From Chitinophaga pinensis (GTDB lineage Bacteria > Bacteroidota > Bacteroidia > SXHM01): a stretch of DNA of 64,000 bases. The notes beneath the pieces are model-generated. The model was not told the origin of the DNA, did not search any database, and worked only from the letters and a program-made list of their open reading frames with translations. Made by a program: the position numbers and the translations under genes. Positions 45,289-55,704 of the stretch are shown in pieces. Location: assembly GCA_945870105.1 (NCBI GenBank), contig CAMBRL010000002.1:4246-68245 (forward strand). Direction: 5' to 3'. Position 1 is the first letter of the stretch. Each line of letters opens with the position of its first letter.

Positions 45289-47232
45289 TTAATGATGGTC
45301 AACTCTTTTCAGGTGAATGTCTTTGGGCGGTGCAATAATAAGCGGAGCTTTTTCTACCAGCACCGAACTGGTGTCGAGCCCGAATGCTTTTTCTTCGCTC
45401 ATGCTCAACTCTTTCAGCACAAAATAAATGTCAAGAACTATTTTGGTATAAAAAGGAATTTCGTTGTCATACGACAGGAATTTTTCAATCACCACAAACT
45501 TAAAATCGCCAATCACATTGTTTTTGTTCAGCGATTCGTAACGGCTGGTTATATCCACTTCATGATTTTTCACCATATCGGCCACCACTTGGCGAAACAT
45601 GAGGTTAATCCTTGGCTCTACCCTGAAACCGATGATAAAATCAACACGAATGGCATCATTCTCAACCATCTGTTTTACCGAATATTCCATGCGGTAGGGT
45701 TCGTCAATTACGTCCACATGTACAAACCAATAAATATCTGCCCGCTTGGGTTGCTTCTGCAAAATAGAATACATCACTTTTGATTCTATTTCGCTTTTGC
45801 GGTCGGCACTGGTCAGGTAAACCAAGTGGGTTGCAAACTTGGGAACACTTAAATCATTACTCAAATCCTTAAGCAGTGTAAAATACTTGTCGATTTTTAC
45901 AAACTCGACATAGCGGTTTTTAATTTTTCGCGCCTGATACCAGGTAAACATTACTGCCACCAGCAACGAAGCAATCAGCAATGTTACCCAACCGCCATGC
46001 TCAAACTTGCGCAGGTTGGCAACCAGAAAAGCTACCTCAACAATAACAAATACTGAAATAATAAGCGTTCGTGGTATAACATGCAAATGGCGCAAACGCA
46101 TATAGAAAGCAAGCAAAGTGGTGGTCATCAGCATGGTCATAACAATCGCTAAACCATAAGCAGCCTCCATGTTTGCAGATTCTTTAAAATAAAGAACAAC
46201 ACCAATACAGCCTGCCAACAATAACCAGTTTACAGAGGGAATATAAATCTGCCCGCGCAAATCTGTAGGAAATTTCACTTTCACCTTTGGCCAGAAATTA
46301 AGACGGATAGCCTCGTTAATCAATGTAAACGAACCGCTTATCAATGCCTGACTGGCAACAATTGCAGCACCGGTTGAAATAACAATGCCCGTGATAAGAA
46401 ACCATTGCGGCATAATGGCAAAGAACGGATTTGTACCATCGAGCAAAGTACCTTCGTGAGAAAGCAGCCAGGCACCTTGTCCGAAATAATTAAGCAGAAG
46501 CGCAATTTTTACAAACGACCAGGTAATGCGAATATTGTCTCTTCCGCAATGTCCTAGATCTGAATAAAGTGCTTCGGCTCCTGTAGTACAAAGAAAAACT
46601 GCACCTAAAATCCAGAAACCTTGAGGACGGTTTACCAACAGATTATAACCATAATAAGGGTTAATGGCTTTTAATACTGCCGGACTTCCTATCAGCTGAC
46701 TTAGACCTAAAACTGCCAGCATCGAAAACCAGATTAACATCACAGGCCCAAAAAATTTGCCTACAAAACCGGTTCCGAACTGCTGTATAAAAAACAACAG
46801 CGACAGAATAAAAATAACAATAGGTATTGTAGGAATATCTGCATTCAATACCCGCAAACCTTCTACAGCAGAAGCAACTGAAATGGGAGGAGTAATAATT
46901 CCATCGGCAAGCAAGGTACTGCCACCCAGTATAGCAGGAATGTAAAGCCACTTGGATTTCATTCTGCGCACCAAAGCAAATAGTGAAAAAATTCCACCCT
47001 CACCTTTGTTATCGGCACGCAGTGTTATAATAACATATTTAAGGGTGGTCTGTAGCGTAAGTGTCCAGAAGATACAAGACAGTCCGCCCAATACCAAATC
47101 AGGAGCAATAGGACTTTTATCAATAATTGCTTTAAAAACGTACAGCGGAGAAGTTCCGATGTCGCCAAAAATAATACCAAGCGTAACAATTAATCCGCCT
47201 GCGGTAACAGCCTGATGCCGCGTTATTGACAT
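45289..47232 (-). CDS. kup: KUP/HAK/KT potassium transporter
   Basis: GIIFGDIGTSPLYVFK, 12 TM helices plus a cytoplasmic C-terminal domain, 647 aa. Confidence 0.96.
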   Translation of the reverse strand: MSITRHQAVTAGGLIVTLGIIFGDIGTSPLYVFKAIIDKSPIAPDLVLGGLSCIFWTLTLQTTLKYVIITLRADNKGEGGIFSLFALVRRMKSKWLYIPAILGGSTLLADGIITPPISVASAVEGLRVLNADIPTIPIVIFILSLLFFIQQFGTGFVGKFFGPVMLIWFSMLAVLGLSQLIGSPAVLKAINPYYGYNLLVNRPQGFWILGAVFLCTTGAEALYSDLGHCGRDNIRITWSFVKIALLLNYFGQGAWLLSHEGTLLDGTNPFFAIMPQWFLITGIVISTGAAIVASQALISGSFTLINEAIRLNFWPKVKVKFPTDLRGQIYIPSVNWLLLAGCIGVVLYFKESANMEAAYGLAIVMTMLMTTTLLAFYMRLRHLHVIPRTLIISVFVIVEVAFLVANLRKFEHGGWVTLLIASLLVAVMFTWYQARKIKNRYVEFVKIDKYFTLLKDLSNDLSVPKFATHLVYLTSADRKSEIESKVMYSILQKQPKRADIYWFVHVDVIDEPYRMEYSVKQMVENDAIRVDFIIGFRVEPRINLMFRQVVADMVKNHEVDITSRYESLNKNNVIGDFKFVVIEKFLSYDNEIPFYTKIVLDIYFVLKELSMSEEKAFGLDTSSVLVEKAPLIIAPPKDIHLKRVDHH

Positions 47233-47268
47233 GAATAGAAATTTGAAGAGCGGGGCAAAAGTATATAA

Positions 47269-47616
47269 TTAAGAAACCGCATCCACAACATTTTTATTTT
47301 TAAATCGCCTGATATAGTAAACGAAAATAGAAACAGCTCCTGCAACAAACCCAATTGCCGCAAAATCTTTGTACTGCAGGTAGTCAAAAAACTCGCAGCA
47401 CATCCAGAAAGCGTTGGCACTAATCCATGCAAGGATGGCAAGATTTACATAAAACTCCTCCTCCCCTTTTGTTCGACAGGTTAATAATGCTGCCACAAAA
47501 ATGGTGGGCACAATCATTATTACGCCAAGTGTTTTCCATTCCATCATCCAACAGGTATCTTTTAACAGCCAGAGTGGAATGTGAATGTTTTCGTATTTGC
47601 GGAGAGGGTGTATCAT
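47269..47616 (-). CDS. Small membrane protein, hypothetical (3-4 TM helices), upstream of kup
   Basis: 115-aa ORF with hydrophobic helices. No family recognised. Confidence 0.55.
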   Translation of the reverse strand: MIHPLRKYENIHIPLWLLKDTCWMMEWKTLGVIMIVPTIFVAALLTCRTKGEEEFYVNLAILAWISANAFWMCCEFFDYLQYKDFAAIGFVAGAVSIFVYYIRRFKNKNVVDAVS

Positions 47617-47668
47617 GTCTGGAAATTTTGCACGAATATAATGAGGCTTTGAATTTGAATGTAATTAT

Positions 47669-47676
47669 TACCTTCG
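47669..47676 (+). promoter_or_regulatory. Imperfect -7 box TACCTTCG within a conserved 19-nt upstream motif AATGTAATTATTACCTTCG
   Basis: The motif is duplicated at 49330..49348 upstream of the paralog. Confidence 0.35.
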
Positions 47677-47708
47677 TGTAAATTAATAATAACCTAAAAC
47701 AAAAAAAC

Positions 47709-49229
47709 ATGAAAAAAATTTTACAATTAACTATTGCAGTTTTTGCCTTAACTGCAACGTCAGGTGCGTTTGCGCAGCAACGCTACTGGGACGAAATCTT
47801 TACCGATGTTGACGTTGACACTTCCATTCAGTACGGCACCAACATTTCGGTTTTAAGCGGAGCACCGGCATCTCAGAACCTTAAAATGGATGTTTACTCT
47901 CCATCGGGCGACAACGTAACCAGCAGACCTTTGATCGTGTATCTGCACACCGGAAGTTTTCTGCCTTACCCTGTAAACGGAACCTGTTCAGGAAGCCGCA
48001 AAGACAGCGCAACAGTAGAAATGTGCACCCGCTTTGCAAAAAGAGGGTATGTAGTTGCAGCCATTTCTTATCGTTTGGGCTGGAATCCGGTTAGTGGTGA
48101 TCAAGATGTGCGTACCTCAACACTTATCAATGCTGTTTACCGTGGTTTACAGGATGCACATAATGCGGTTCGTTTTTTCCGTTACGATGCAGATTCACTT
48201 GCCAACTCTTACGGAATTAACCCCGGAAAAATTATTGTAGGCGGACAAGGTTCGGGCGGCTACTTAGCAAATGCATACTCAACCTTAAACGATACTACCG
48301 AGATTTACCTGGATAAATTTACAAATGCTACAACCGGTGTTCCTTACATCAATACCGCCTACTCAGGCGACTTTGAAGGTTTTGGTTCTATTCCAGGGAG
48401 TCCTTTGAACTTGGAAAACCTTCCTGGTATCAATTCTGAGGTTCAGTTTATTTTTAATATGGGTGGTGCTTTGGGAGACTCAACCTGGTTAGAAGGCAAT
48501 GAGCCTCCGATGGTGGCTTTCCATGTACCTAACGATCCATTTGCTCCTTATGGTTTTGGTTCTGTAATTGTACCTACCACAGGTGACTTTGTGGTGGAAG
48601 TAAGCGGTTCTTACGAAGCTATCCGCCTTGCAAATGACTCAAGCAATCAGGATGTTTTTGATAACGTTTTGTTCAATGACCCTTATACTGCAAGAGCAAT
48701 GGCAGCTCTAAACCCTTCAAATGCTGCTACCAACCTGAATGGTTTACCTGTGAGCCAACTGGAAGGACTATTTCCTTTTGTTCGCCCGACTGCCGAAAGC
48801 GCTCCATGGGAATGGTGGGATCCAAACTGTCCTAACAACACCAACAGCTTGCTTACCAATCCTGACATGAGCAAAACAAAAGCGTTGGCTTATATTGACA
48901 GTATTCAAGGATACCTTGCACCACGTATTGTTTGCGCACTGCAACTGGGAGGTTGCCAATACATTGGTGTTGAAGAAAACAATGCACAAGAAAGCGTGTT
49001 GGTTTACCCTAACCCTGCTACCGGAATTTTTACCGTTTCAGGTTTTGAAAACGGAAATAACATTCGCAGTATCCGCATGTTTGATTTAGCTGGACGCACT
49101 ATTATCAATGAGTTCAACCTGAATACTTCAAAACTTTCAATTGACGGAAATGCTTTCGCTCCGGGCGTTTATTTCATGAATATTGATTTGGATAAAGGTT
49201 CAGTTTCAACAAAGGTTGTTATTGAATAA
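47709..49229 (+). CDS. T9SS-secreted alpha/beta-hydrolase-fold (esterase/lipase-like) protein, paralog 1
   Basis: Signal peptide; LIVYLHTGSFLP, IIVGGQGSGGY, PNDPFAPYG; CTD LVYPNPATGIFTVS...GVYFMNIDL. Confidence 0.72.
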   Translation: MKKILQLTIAVFALTATSGAFAQQRYWDEIFTDVDVDTSIQYGTNISVLSGAPASQNLKMDVYSPSGDNVTSRPLIVYLHTGSFLPYPVNGTCSGSRKDSATVEMCTRFAKRGYVVAAISYRLGWNPVSGDQDVRTSTLINAVYRGLQDAHNAVRFFRYDADSLANSYGINPGKIIVGGQGSGGYLANAYSTLNDTTEIYLDKFTNATTGVPYINTAYSGDFEGFGSIPGSPLNLENLPGINSEVQFIFNMGGALGDSTWLEGNEPPMVAFHVPNDPFAPYGFGSVIVPTTGDFVVEVSGSYEAIRLANDSSNQDVFDNVLFNDPYTARAMAALNPSNAATNLNGLPVSQLEGLFPFVRPTAESAPWEWWDPNCPNNTNSLLTNPDMSKTKALAYIDSIQGYLAPRIVCALQLGGCQYIGVEENNAQESVLVYPNPATGIFTVSGFENGNNIRSIRMFDLAGRTIINEFNLNTSKLSIDGNAFAPGVYFMNIDLDKGSVSTKVVIE

Positions 49230-49249
49230 TTGATTTGAATTAATAAATA

Positions 49250-49286
49250 AAAAAGCCCCACCAGTTAAACGGTTGGGCTTTTTTAT
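49250..49286 (+). terminator. Rho-independent terminator
   Basis: AAAAAGCCCCACC-AGTTAAAC-GGTTGGGCTTTTTT (one mismatch in the stem). Confidence 0.7.
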
Positions 49287-49340
49287 TTACACAACATTCA
49301 ATTTTGTGAACCAATTGAAATTCAATTTCAATGTAATTAT

Positions 49341-49348
49341 TACCTTCG
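49341..49348 (+). promoter_or_regulatory. Imperfect -7 box TACCTTCG (duplicate of 47669..47676)
   Basis: Same AATGTAATTATTACCTTCG motif about 35 nt upstream of the ATG at 49383. Confidence 0.35.
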
Positions 49349-49382
49349 CAGCATTAACATATAACCATTAAACTAAAAAAAC

Positions 49383-50855
49383 ATGAAAAAACATTTACAC
49401 GTGTCGGCTTTATTACTGATGCTGACAACTGCATTTTATTCTTTCGGGCAGCAACGCTACCTGGATGAAGTATTTACCGAAGTTCAGGTAACAACTGACG
49501 TAAAATACGGAGCAAATTATTCAACCCTTCCGGGAACTCCAACACTTATTGACCTTTTTATGGATGTTTACCAACCTGCAAATGATGATGCAACTGTTTG
49601 CCGTCCTGTAGTTATTGTTCTTCATACAGGAAGTTTTTTACCTCCTCCTGTAAACGGACAGTGCACAGGCACCCGCAAAGACAGTGTAATTAAAGAAACA
49701 TGTACACGTTTTGCTAAAAGAGGTTATATAGCAGCAGCCGTATCTTACCGTCAAGGCTGGAACGCTGTTAGCACCGATCAGGATACCCGCACAAGCACAT
49801 TACTACAAGCTGTTTATCGCGCCCTTATTGATGCTAAAACCGCAGTACGTTATTTCCGCAACGATGCTAATACAATGGGCTATTGGAATAGTGACCCTGG
49901 TAAAGTAATTGTTGGCGGTTACGGATCAGGTGGTTATGTTGCATTGGCTTATGGCGCACTCAATAAGCCTGACGAAATTTATTTAGATAAATTTCAGAAT
50001 GCGAATACAGGAGAGCCTTATGTTGACACCTTAATTTACGGAAACTATGATGGCTTTGGCGGAACCATTCCTAATAACATTGAAAATTACCCGGGATTAA
50101 GCTCAGAAGCACAAATGATTTTTAACATGGGAGGAGCGTTAGGCGATTCATCATGGATGGAAGCAGGAGAAGCTCCTGTTGTAGCATTCCATTGCCCAAG
50201 CGATCCATTTGCTCCTTATGGTTTCGGACAAGTTATTGTGCCTACTACAGGAGATTTTGTGGTAGAAGTTAGCGGCTCTTATGATGCTGTGCGCAGAGCA
50301 AACATGCTTGGGAACAATGATATTTTTGCAAATGCAAATTTTAACGATGCATACACACAACGTGCTGATTTAGTAAATGATGGTTTTGAAGGATTATTTC
50401 CTTTTGTAGTTCCTGGCCAACAAGCCGGTCCTTGGGATTGGTGGGATACAACTTGTGTTCGTCATGCAAACGGTTTGTTGACTAATCCTGATATGAGTGA
50501 AACAAAAGCAAAAAGCTATATTGATAGTATCATGGGGTATCTTGCTCCCCGCGCTTATGCAGTTCTATCTCCATTGGGTACTTGCAACTTCTCTGCTGTA
50601 GAAGAATCCAACATTCAGGAAGTAACTGTTTTCCCTAACCCTGCTGACGGAACATTTACCATCAGCGGTGCAGTTACAGGAAACAACATACGCAACATTC
50701 GTATGTTTGATGTTACCGGGCGCAGCATTTTTGCTTACTCAAACCTGAATCTGAACAAAGTTAATATCGATGGCACTAAATACGCTCCCGGTATTTACAC
50801 GGTGAATATTGATTTTGAAAAAGGTTCGGCTACTACTAAGGTGGTGATAAAGTAA
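49383..50855 (+). CDS. T9SS-secreted alpha/beta-hydrolase-fold (esterase/lipase-like) protein, paralog 2
   Basis: Collinear with 47709..49229 (VVIVLHTGSFLP, VIVGGYGSGGY, PSDPFAPYG); CTD VFPNPADGTFTIS...GIYTVNIDF. Confidence 0.72.
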   Translation: MKKHLHVSALLLMLTTAFYSFGQQRYLDEVFTEVQVTTDVKYGANYSTLPGTPTLIDLFMDVYQPANDDATVCRPVVIVLHTGSFLPPPVNGQCTGTRKDSVIKETCTRFAKRGYIAAAVSYRQGWNAVSTDQDTRTSTLLQAVYRALIDAKTAVRYFRNDANTMGYWNSDPGKVIVGGYGSGGYVALAYGALNKPDEIYLDKFQNANTGEPYVDTLIYGNYDGFGGTIPNNIENYPGLSSEAQMIFNMGGALGDSSWMEAGEAPVVAFHCPSDPFAPYGFGQVIVPTTGDFVVEVSGSYDAVRRANMLGNNDIFANANFNDAYTQRADLVNDGFEGLFPFVVPGQQAGPWDWWDTTCVRHANGLLTNPDMSETKAKSYIDSIMGYLAPRAYAVLSPLGTCNFSAVEESNIQEVTVFPNPADGTFTISGAVTGNNIRNIRMFDVTGRSIFAYSNLNLNKVNIDGTKYAPGIYTVNIDFEKGSATTKVVIK

Positions 50856-50874
50856 ATCTGGTTTTATAAATCAT

Positions 50875-50911
50875 AAAAAAGCCTCTCGTTATAAACGAGA
50901 GGCTTTTTTTA
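50875..50911 (+). terminator. Rho-independent terminator
   Basis: AAAAAAGCCTCTCGTT-ATAA-ACGAGAGGCTTTTTTT, perfect stem. Confidence 0.85.
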
Positions 50912-50943
50912 TTTCTATATTTACGAAACATTAAAAATCAATC

Positions 50944-51780
50944 ATGAAAAAACCACTACTCCTGATTTTATTCAGCATCAGCATTCATTCACTTTTTGCT
51001 CAATACGTTTTTCCAAATTTCAGTTTTGAAAACTGGACAGATGCGGAAGCTGATGGTTGGAACAGCAACAATGTTGTAAGTCTTACCACCCCAATAACAC
51101 AATCGTCAGATGCACATTCCGGGCTTTCTGCCGTGAAAGGAGAGGTTACCAATTACAACACCTGGACAGCACCAAACTTTGGCTCTTATTCTGGAAGTCT
51201 TTTTGAGATTAATCAAAACTATGCAACCCTAAACTTTTACTACAAATTTAACAAGCTGAATAACGATGTAATTGTGGTGACTGCTCAATTGAATACTGCA
51301 ACTGGCTATCCAGCTGGGTTTATCCTTACTAAAATTACTGATGCTGCAGCAACGTACACCCCCATTGCAATCCCTATCACCTATCTTCCGGGCGACAGTG
51401 CCGCTGCTGAAATTGGTATTCTCATTGGCATACAGGATACCGTGCTTAACACCGCAACACCCGGTTCTTATTTTATTTTTGATGACTTTTCGCTGGGTTG
51501 GTTTACCGCTTTAGAAGTGGAAGAAAATATTTTTGCAAATGAAAATGTGAACGTGTTTTCAAATCCCGCAACTGATTTTATTTCGTTTTCAGTGCCTGAG
51601 AAAAATCCGTCTAACACAATTTCAGTTGTTGATATAACAGGAAAACAGGTTGTAAAATCCTTTGTTTCTAAAACTGCACGAACTGATATTCCTGCAACTG
51701 AATTAGCCGATGGAATTTATTTTCTCACTATCAGGAATGGAGATAATCTGAGAGTAAAGAAAATTGTAGTTCTGCACTAA
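50944..51780 (+). CDS. T9SS-secreted hypothetical protein
   Basis: Signal peptide [20 protein letters not shown]; [17 protein letters not shown]...[10 protein letters not shown]. Confidence 0.7.
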   Translation: MKKPLLLILFSISIHSLFAQYVFPNFSFENWTDAEADGWNSNNVVSLTTPITQSSDAHSGLSAVKGEVTNYNTWTAPNFGSYSGSLFEINQNYATLNFYYKFNKLNNDVIVVTAQLNTATGYPAGFILTKITDAAATYTPIAIPITYLPGDSAAAEIGILIGIQDTVLNTATPGSYFIFDDFSLGWFTALEVEENIFANENVNVFSNPATDFISFSVPEKNPSNTISVVDITGKQVVKSFVSKTARTDIPATELADGIYFLTIRNGDNLRVKKIVVLH

Positions 51781-54700
51781 TAACCAAGGTTGGGACTTAG
51801 CCAACGCTCCGCTTCATCAAAGGTCATCCCTTTGCGTTTTGCATAATCTTCCACTTGGTCTTTTGTGATTTTTCCAAGTCCGAAGTATTTGCTCTCAGGA
51901 TGCGCAAAATACAAACCGCTGACAGCAGCAGTCGGGTACATCGCAAAACTTTCAGTCAGTTTTATTCCTGCATTTTTTTCGGCATCAAGCAAATTGAAAA
52001 TGATTGGCTTCTCGGTGTGGTCAGGACAGGCAGGATAACCTGCGGCAGGGCGAATGCCGCGATACTTTTCAGAAATTAATTCTTCTGTGTTCAGTGTTTC
52101 ACTTTTATCATACGCCCAGAATTCTTTTCTCACACGTTCGTGCATGCGCTCTGCAAAAGCTTCTGCAAGCCTGTCGGCAAGGGCTTTAAGCATGATGCTG
52201 TTGTAATCATCATGATCTTTTTCAAATTTCTCAATCCATTTTTCTATTCCGATTCCTGCGGTAACTGCAAATGCTCCGATGTAATCTTGTAAGCCACTTT
52301 CTTTAGGAGCAATAAAATCTGCCAACGCAATATTGGGTGCAGATGCAGTTTTTTTCGTTTGCTGACGAAGGGAGTGAAGAACTGTTCCGTTTTCTAATTC
52401 AATATCATCTCCAGTCGCATTTGCTTGCCAAAATCCAATGACTGCGTTTGCTGAAATCCATTTTTCTTCCACAACTTTTTTCAGTAATGCCTGAGCATCG
52501 TTGTAAAGTTTTTTGGCTTCTACTCCAACTACTTCATCTTCTAATATTTTGGGGAAACGCCCCGCCAATTCCCACGTCTGGAAGAAAGGCGTCCAGTCAA
52601 TGTAAGGAACTAATTCTTCCAACGGGTAATTTTCAAATGTCTTTACTCCTGTGAAAGTTGGCTTGGCAATGTCTTCGGCTTTCCAATCAATGTTGAATTT
52701 GTTTTTTCTTGCGACTTCAATTGAAACAAATTCTTTTGCAGATTGCGATTTACGATGATGCTCACGCAATACTTCGTATTCGTTTTTAATCGCTAGCGAA
52801 TAAATCTTTTCCTGCTCGGGGCTCAGCAAACTTCCAACCACAGGAACAGAGCGGCTAGCATCCAATACGTGAACGGTATTTCCGCTGTAATGCGGCTGAA
52901 CTTTCACCGCAGTGTGCACACGTGAAGTAGTTGCTCCTCCTATCAGCAAAGGAATTTTAAAGCCAAGTCTCTCCATCTCTTTTGCAACAAAAACCATCTC
53001 GTCCAATGAGGGAGTTATCAATCCGCTCAAGCCAATCACATCTACTTTTTCTCGGATAGCAGTTTCCAGAATTTTCTCACACGGAACCATTACGCCCATA
53101 TCAATCACTTCGTAATTATTGCAGCCTAACACTACGCCTACAATATTTTTTCCAATGTCATGCACATCGCCTTTTACTGTTGCCATCAGCACTTTACCCG
53201 CAGAAGAACTTGCTCCATCTTTCTTTTCGGCATCCATAAAGGGAAGAAGATAAGCCACGGCTTTTTTCATAACACGTGCACTTTTTACCACCTGTGGCAA
53301 GAACATTTTTCCCGCTCCGAATAAATCACCCACCACATTCATTCCATCCATCAACGGACCTTCAATAATGTGCAATGGTTTCGGATATTTCTGACGCGCT
53401 TCTTCTATGTCCACATCAATGAATTCCACAATTCCTTTCACCAAAGAATGTTTCAGTCGTTCTTCAACAGTTGTGTTTCTCCAGGCATCATCTCTCACCT
53501 GAACTTTCCCTTTTGCTTTGATTGTTTCTGCATACTCAACAAGTCGCTCCGTTGCATCCTGTCTGCGATTCAGCAAAACATCTTCCACTCTTTCCAATAA
53601 ATCTTTCGGGATACTTTCATACAGTTCTAATTGACCGGCATTCACAATTCCCATATCCAATCCCGCTTTGATTGCATGATATAAAAATGCTGAGTGCATA
53701 GCCTCACGCACTAAATCATTACCACGAAACGAGAATGAAATATTGCTCACACCACCGCTCACCTTCGCTCCCGGCAAATGTTGTTTTATCCATTTGGTTG
53801 CACGGATAAAATCAACAGCATAATTATTGTGGTCTTCAATACCAGTGGCAACGGTGAGAATGTTCGGGTCAAAGATTATGTCTTCAGGTGAAAAGCCAAC
53901 TTTTTCTGTCAGTATTTTGTAGGCACGTTCACAAACCGAAATTCTTTTTTCATACGAATCAGCTTGTCCCAACTCATCGAATGCCATCACAATCACAGCG
54001 GCTCCGTAGCGTTTTACTTTTTTAGCTACTGCAATAAATTTTTCTTCACCTTCTTTCAGTGAAATGGAATTCACTACCGATTTTCCCTGCACACATTTCA
54101 GCCCTGCTTCAATAACACTCCATTTACTGCTGTCAATCATAATGGGAAGTTTGGCAATATCCGGCTCGGAAGCGATAAGATGCAGAAATGTTGTCATCGC
54201 TTTTTCGCTGTCCAACATTCCTTCATCCATGTTCACATCAATCATCTGCGCACCGCCTTCTACCTGGCTTCTGGCAACTACAAGCGCATCCTCGTATTTG
54301 CCATCAATGATCAGTTTTGCGAATTTGCGCGAGCCTGTCACGTTGGTTCGTTCACCCACATTTACAAAATTGCTTTCTTTGAAAATGGTAAGAGGTTCCA
54401 ATCCGCTATAACGTGGAAGTGGGTCTATATGTGGTTTTTGGCGTGGAGGATATTTTGCGGCAACTTTTGCAATTGCACGGATATGGTCAGGTGTTGTACC
54501 GCAACAACCACCTACAATATTCACAAAATTATTTTGCAGCCAGTCTTCAATCTGTGCTGCAGTTTCTTCAGGTGTTTCATCATATTCACCAAAAGCATTG
54601 GGCAATCCTGCGTTAGGATATGCACTTACTCTGAACGTTGAATTCTTAGATAATGTCTGAATATGCGGTCGCAATTGCTTTGCACCCAATGCGCAATTAA

Positions 54701-55421
54701 AACCAATACTCAATAAAGGAATGTGCGAAACAGAATTCAGAAAAGCTTCAACCGTTTGCCCCGATAAAGTTCTGCCGCTTCCATCCGTAATTGTTCCTGA
54801 AACCATAACCGGCAATTTCTTTCCAATAGTTTCAAAATACTGGTCAACCGCATACAGAGCCGCTTTGCAATTGAGCGTATCAAAAACAGTTTCAATCAGC
54901 AACATATCAACGCCACCGTCAATTAATCCCTTCACTTGTTCGGTATACGCATCCACTAATTCATCAAACGTGATGGCACGAAACCCTGGGTCATTTACAT
55001 TGGGTGACATAGAAGCTGTGCGGTTGGTTGGACCCATTGCACCTGCGACAAAACGTGGTTTCTCAGGATTTTTCTTGTTGAACTCATCCGCCACTTGACG
55101 GGCAATTTTTGCACTCTGGAAATTTATGTCGTAAACAGCAGATTCTAATTTGTAATCAGCCTGCGCAATCCATGTTCCTGAAAATGTATTTGTCTCGGCA
55201 ATATCAGCTCCGGCTTCAAAATATTCGGCATGAATAGCTTTTATAATATCGGGACGAGTGATGGAAAGCAAGTCGTTATTGCCTTTCAGTAAATGTGAAT
55301 GGTCTTTAAAGCGCTCACCCCTGAAATCTTCTTCCGAAAGATTGTAGCGCTGAATCATGGTGCCCATTGCGCCATCCAAGACTAAAATTCTTTTTTCTAA
55401 ATCTTTATAAATATCTGCCAT
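51777..55421 (-). CDS. metH: Cobalamin-dependent methionine synthase
   Basis: 1214 aa. Hcy-binding N-terminus ([12 protein letters not shown]), pterin-binding domain, B12 motif [12 protein letters not shown]-terminal AdoMet reactivation domain. Confidence 0.97.
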   Translation of the reverse strand: MADIYKDLEKRILVLDGAMGTMIQRYNLSEEDFRGERFKDHSHLLKGNNDLLSITRPDIIKAIHAEYFEAGADIAETNTFSGTWIAQADYKLESAVYDINFQSAKIARQVADEFNKKNPEKPRFVAGAMGPTNRTASMSPNVNDPGFRAITFDELVDAYTEQVKGLIDGGVDMLLIETVFDTLNCKAALYAVDQYFETIGKKLPVMVSGTITDGSGRTLSGQTVEAFLNSVSHIPLLSIGFNCALGAKQLRPHIQTLSKNSTFRVSAYPNAGLPNAFGEYDETPEETAAQIEDWLQNNFVNIVGGCCGTTPDHIRAIAKVAAKYPPRQKPHIDPLPRYSGLEPLTIFKESNFVNVGERTNVTGSRKFAKLIIDGKYEDALVVARSQVEGGAQMIDVNMDEGMLDSEKAMTTFLHLIASEPDIAKLPIMIDSSKWSVIEAGLKCVQGKSVVNSISLKEGEEKFIAVAKKVKRYGAAVIVMAFDELGQADSYEKRISVCERAYKILTEKVGFSPEDIIFDPNILTVATGIEDHNNYAVDFIRATKWIKQHLPGAKVSGGVSNISFSFRGNDLVREAMHSAFLYHAIKAGLDMGIVNAGQLELYESIPKDLLERVEDVLLNRRQDATERLVEYAETIKAKGKVQVRDDAWRNTTVEERLKHSLVKGIVEFIDVDIEEARQKYPKPLHIIEGPLMDGMNVVGDLFGAGKMFLPQVVKSARVMKKAVAYLLPFMDAEKKDGASSSAGKVLMATVKGDVHDIGKNIVGVVLGCNNYEVIDMGVMVPCEKILETAIREKVDVIGLSGLITPSLDEMVFVAKEMERLGFKIPLLIGGATTSRVHTAVKVQPHYSGNTVHVLDASRSVPVVGSLLSPEQEKIYSLAIKNEYEVLREHHRKSQSAKEFVSIEVARKNKFNIDWKAEDIAKPTFTGVKTFENYPLEELVPYIDWTPFFQTWELAGRFPKILEDEVVGVEAKKLYNDAQALLKKVVEEKWISANAVIGFWQANATGDDIELENGTVLHSLRQQTKKTASAPNIALADFIAPKESGLQDYIGAFAVTAGIGIEKWIEKFEKDHDDYNSIMLKALADRLAEAFAERMHERVRKEFWAYDKSETLNTEELISEKYRGIRPAAGYPACPDHTEKPIIFNLLDAEKNAGIKLTESFAMYPTAAVSGLYFAHPESKYFGLGKITKDQVEDYAKRKGMTFDEAERWLSPNLGY

Positions 55422-55461
55422 AATAGTTCATAAAATCAGCATTCTATAAACACCACAAAAC

Positions 55462-55490
55462 AAAAAACCCCTCTGTTTAGCAGAAGGGTT
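55462..55490 (-). terminator. Intrinsic terminator forming the expression platform of the SAM-I riboswitch
   Basis: The minus strand reads AACCCUUCUG-CUAAA-CAGAGGGGUUUUUUG, directly after the aptamer and before the metH ATG. Confidence 0.75.
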
Positions 55491-55515
55491 GGATATTTTT
55501 AAAAACCTGTTTCTG

Positions 55516-55614
55516 CTTATCTATCTCGCCTTAGGCGAGAGGAGTTGGCACCTTCTCCTTTCGGGCGGGTTGCCAAGACGTCAAAGGGCCTTTCCCTCAG
55601 TCTTTCTTGATAAG
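55516..55614 (-). promoter_or_regulatory. SAM-I (S-box) riboswitch aptamer upstream of metH
   Basis: The minus strand reads CUUAUCAAGAAAGACUGAGGGAAAGGCCCUUUGACGUCUUGGCAACC...AAGGUGCCAACUCCUCUCGCCUAAGGCGAGAUAGAUAAG. The P1 arms CUUAUC/GAUAAG, GAGGGA..GGCCC, GCAACC and GGUGCCAA.UCC cores, and a perfect P4 hairpin, all match the SAM-I consensus. Confidence 0.9.
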
Positions 55615-55633
55615 TAATGTTAAAGAACTAGCG

Positions 55634-55641
55634 CAAAGATA
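55634..55641 (-). promoter_or_regulatory. -7 box TATCTTTG driving the riboswitch-metH transcript
   Basis: TAnnTTTG match about 20 nt upstream of the aptamer P1. Confidence 0.5.
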
Positions 55642-55692
55642 CGTAATGGACTTGAAATACAAAACCAGTAACAAAATATAGTGTCAATTCCC

Positions 55693-55700
55693 TACCTTTG
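55693..55700 (+). promoter_or_regulatory. -7 box TACCTTTG, 4 nt upstream of the rlmN ATG
   Basis: Exact TAnnTTTG match. Confidence 0.45.
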
Positions 55701-55704
55701 TCCC

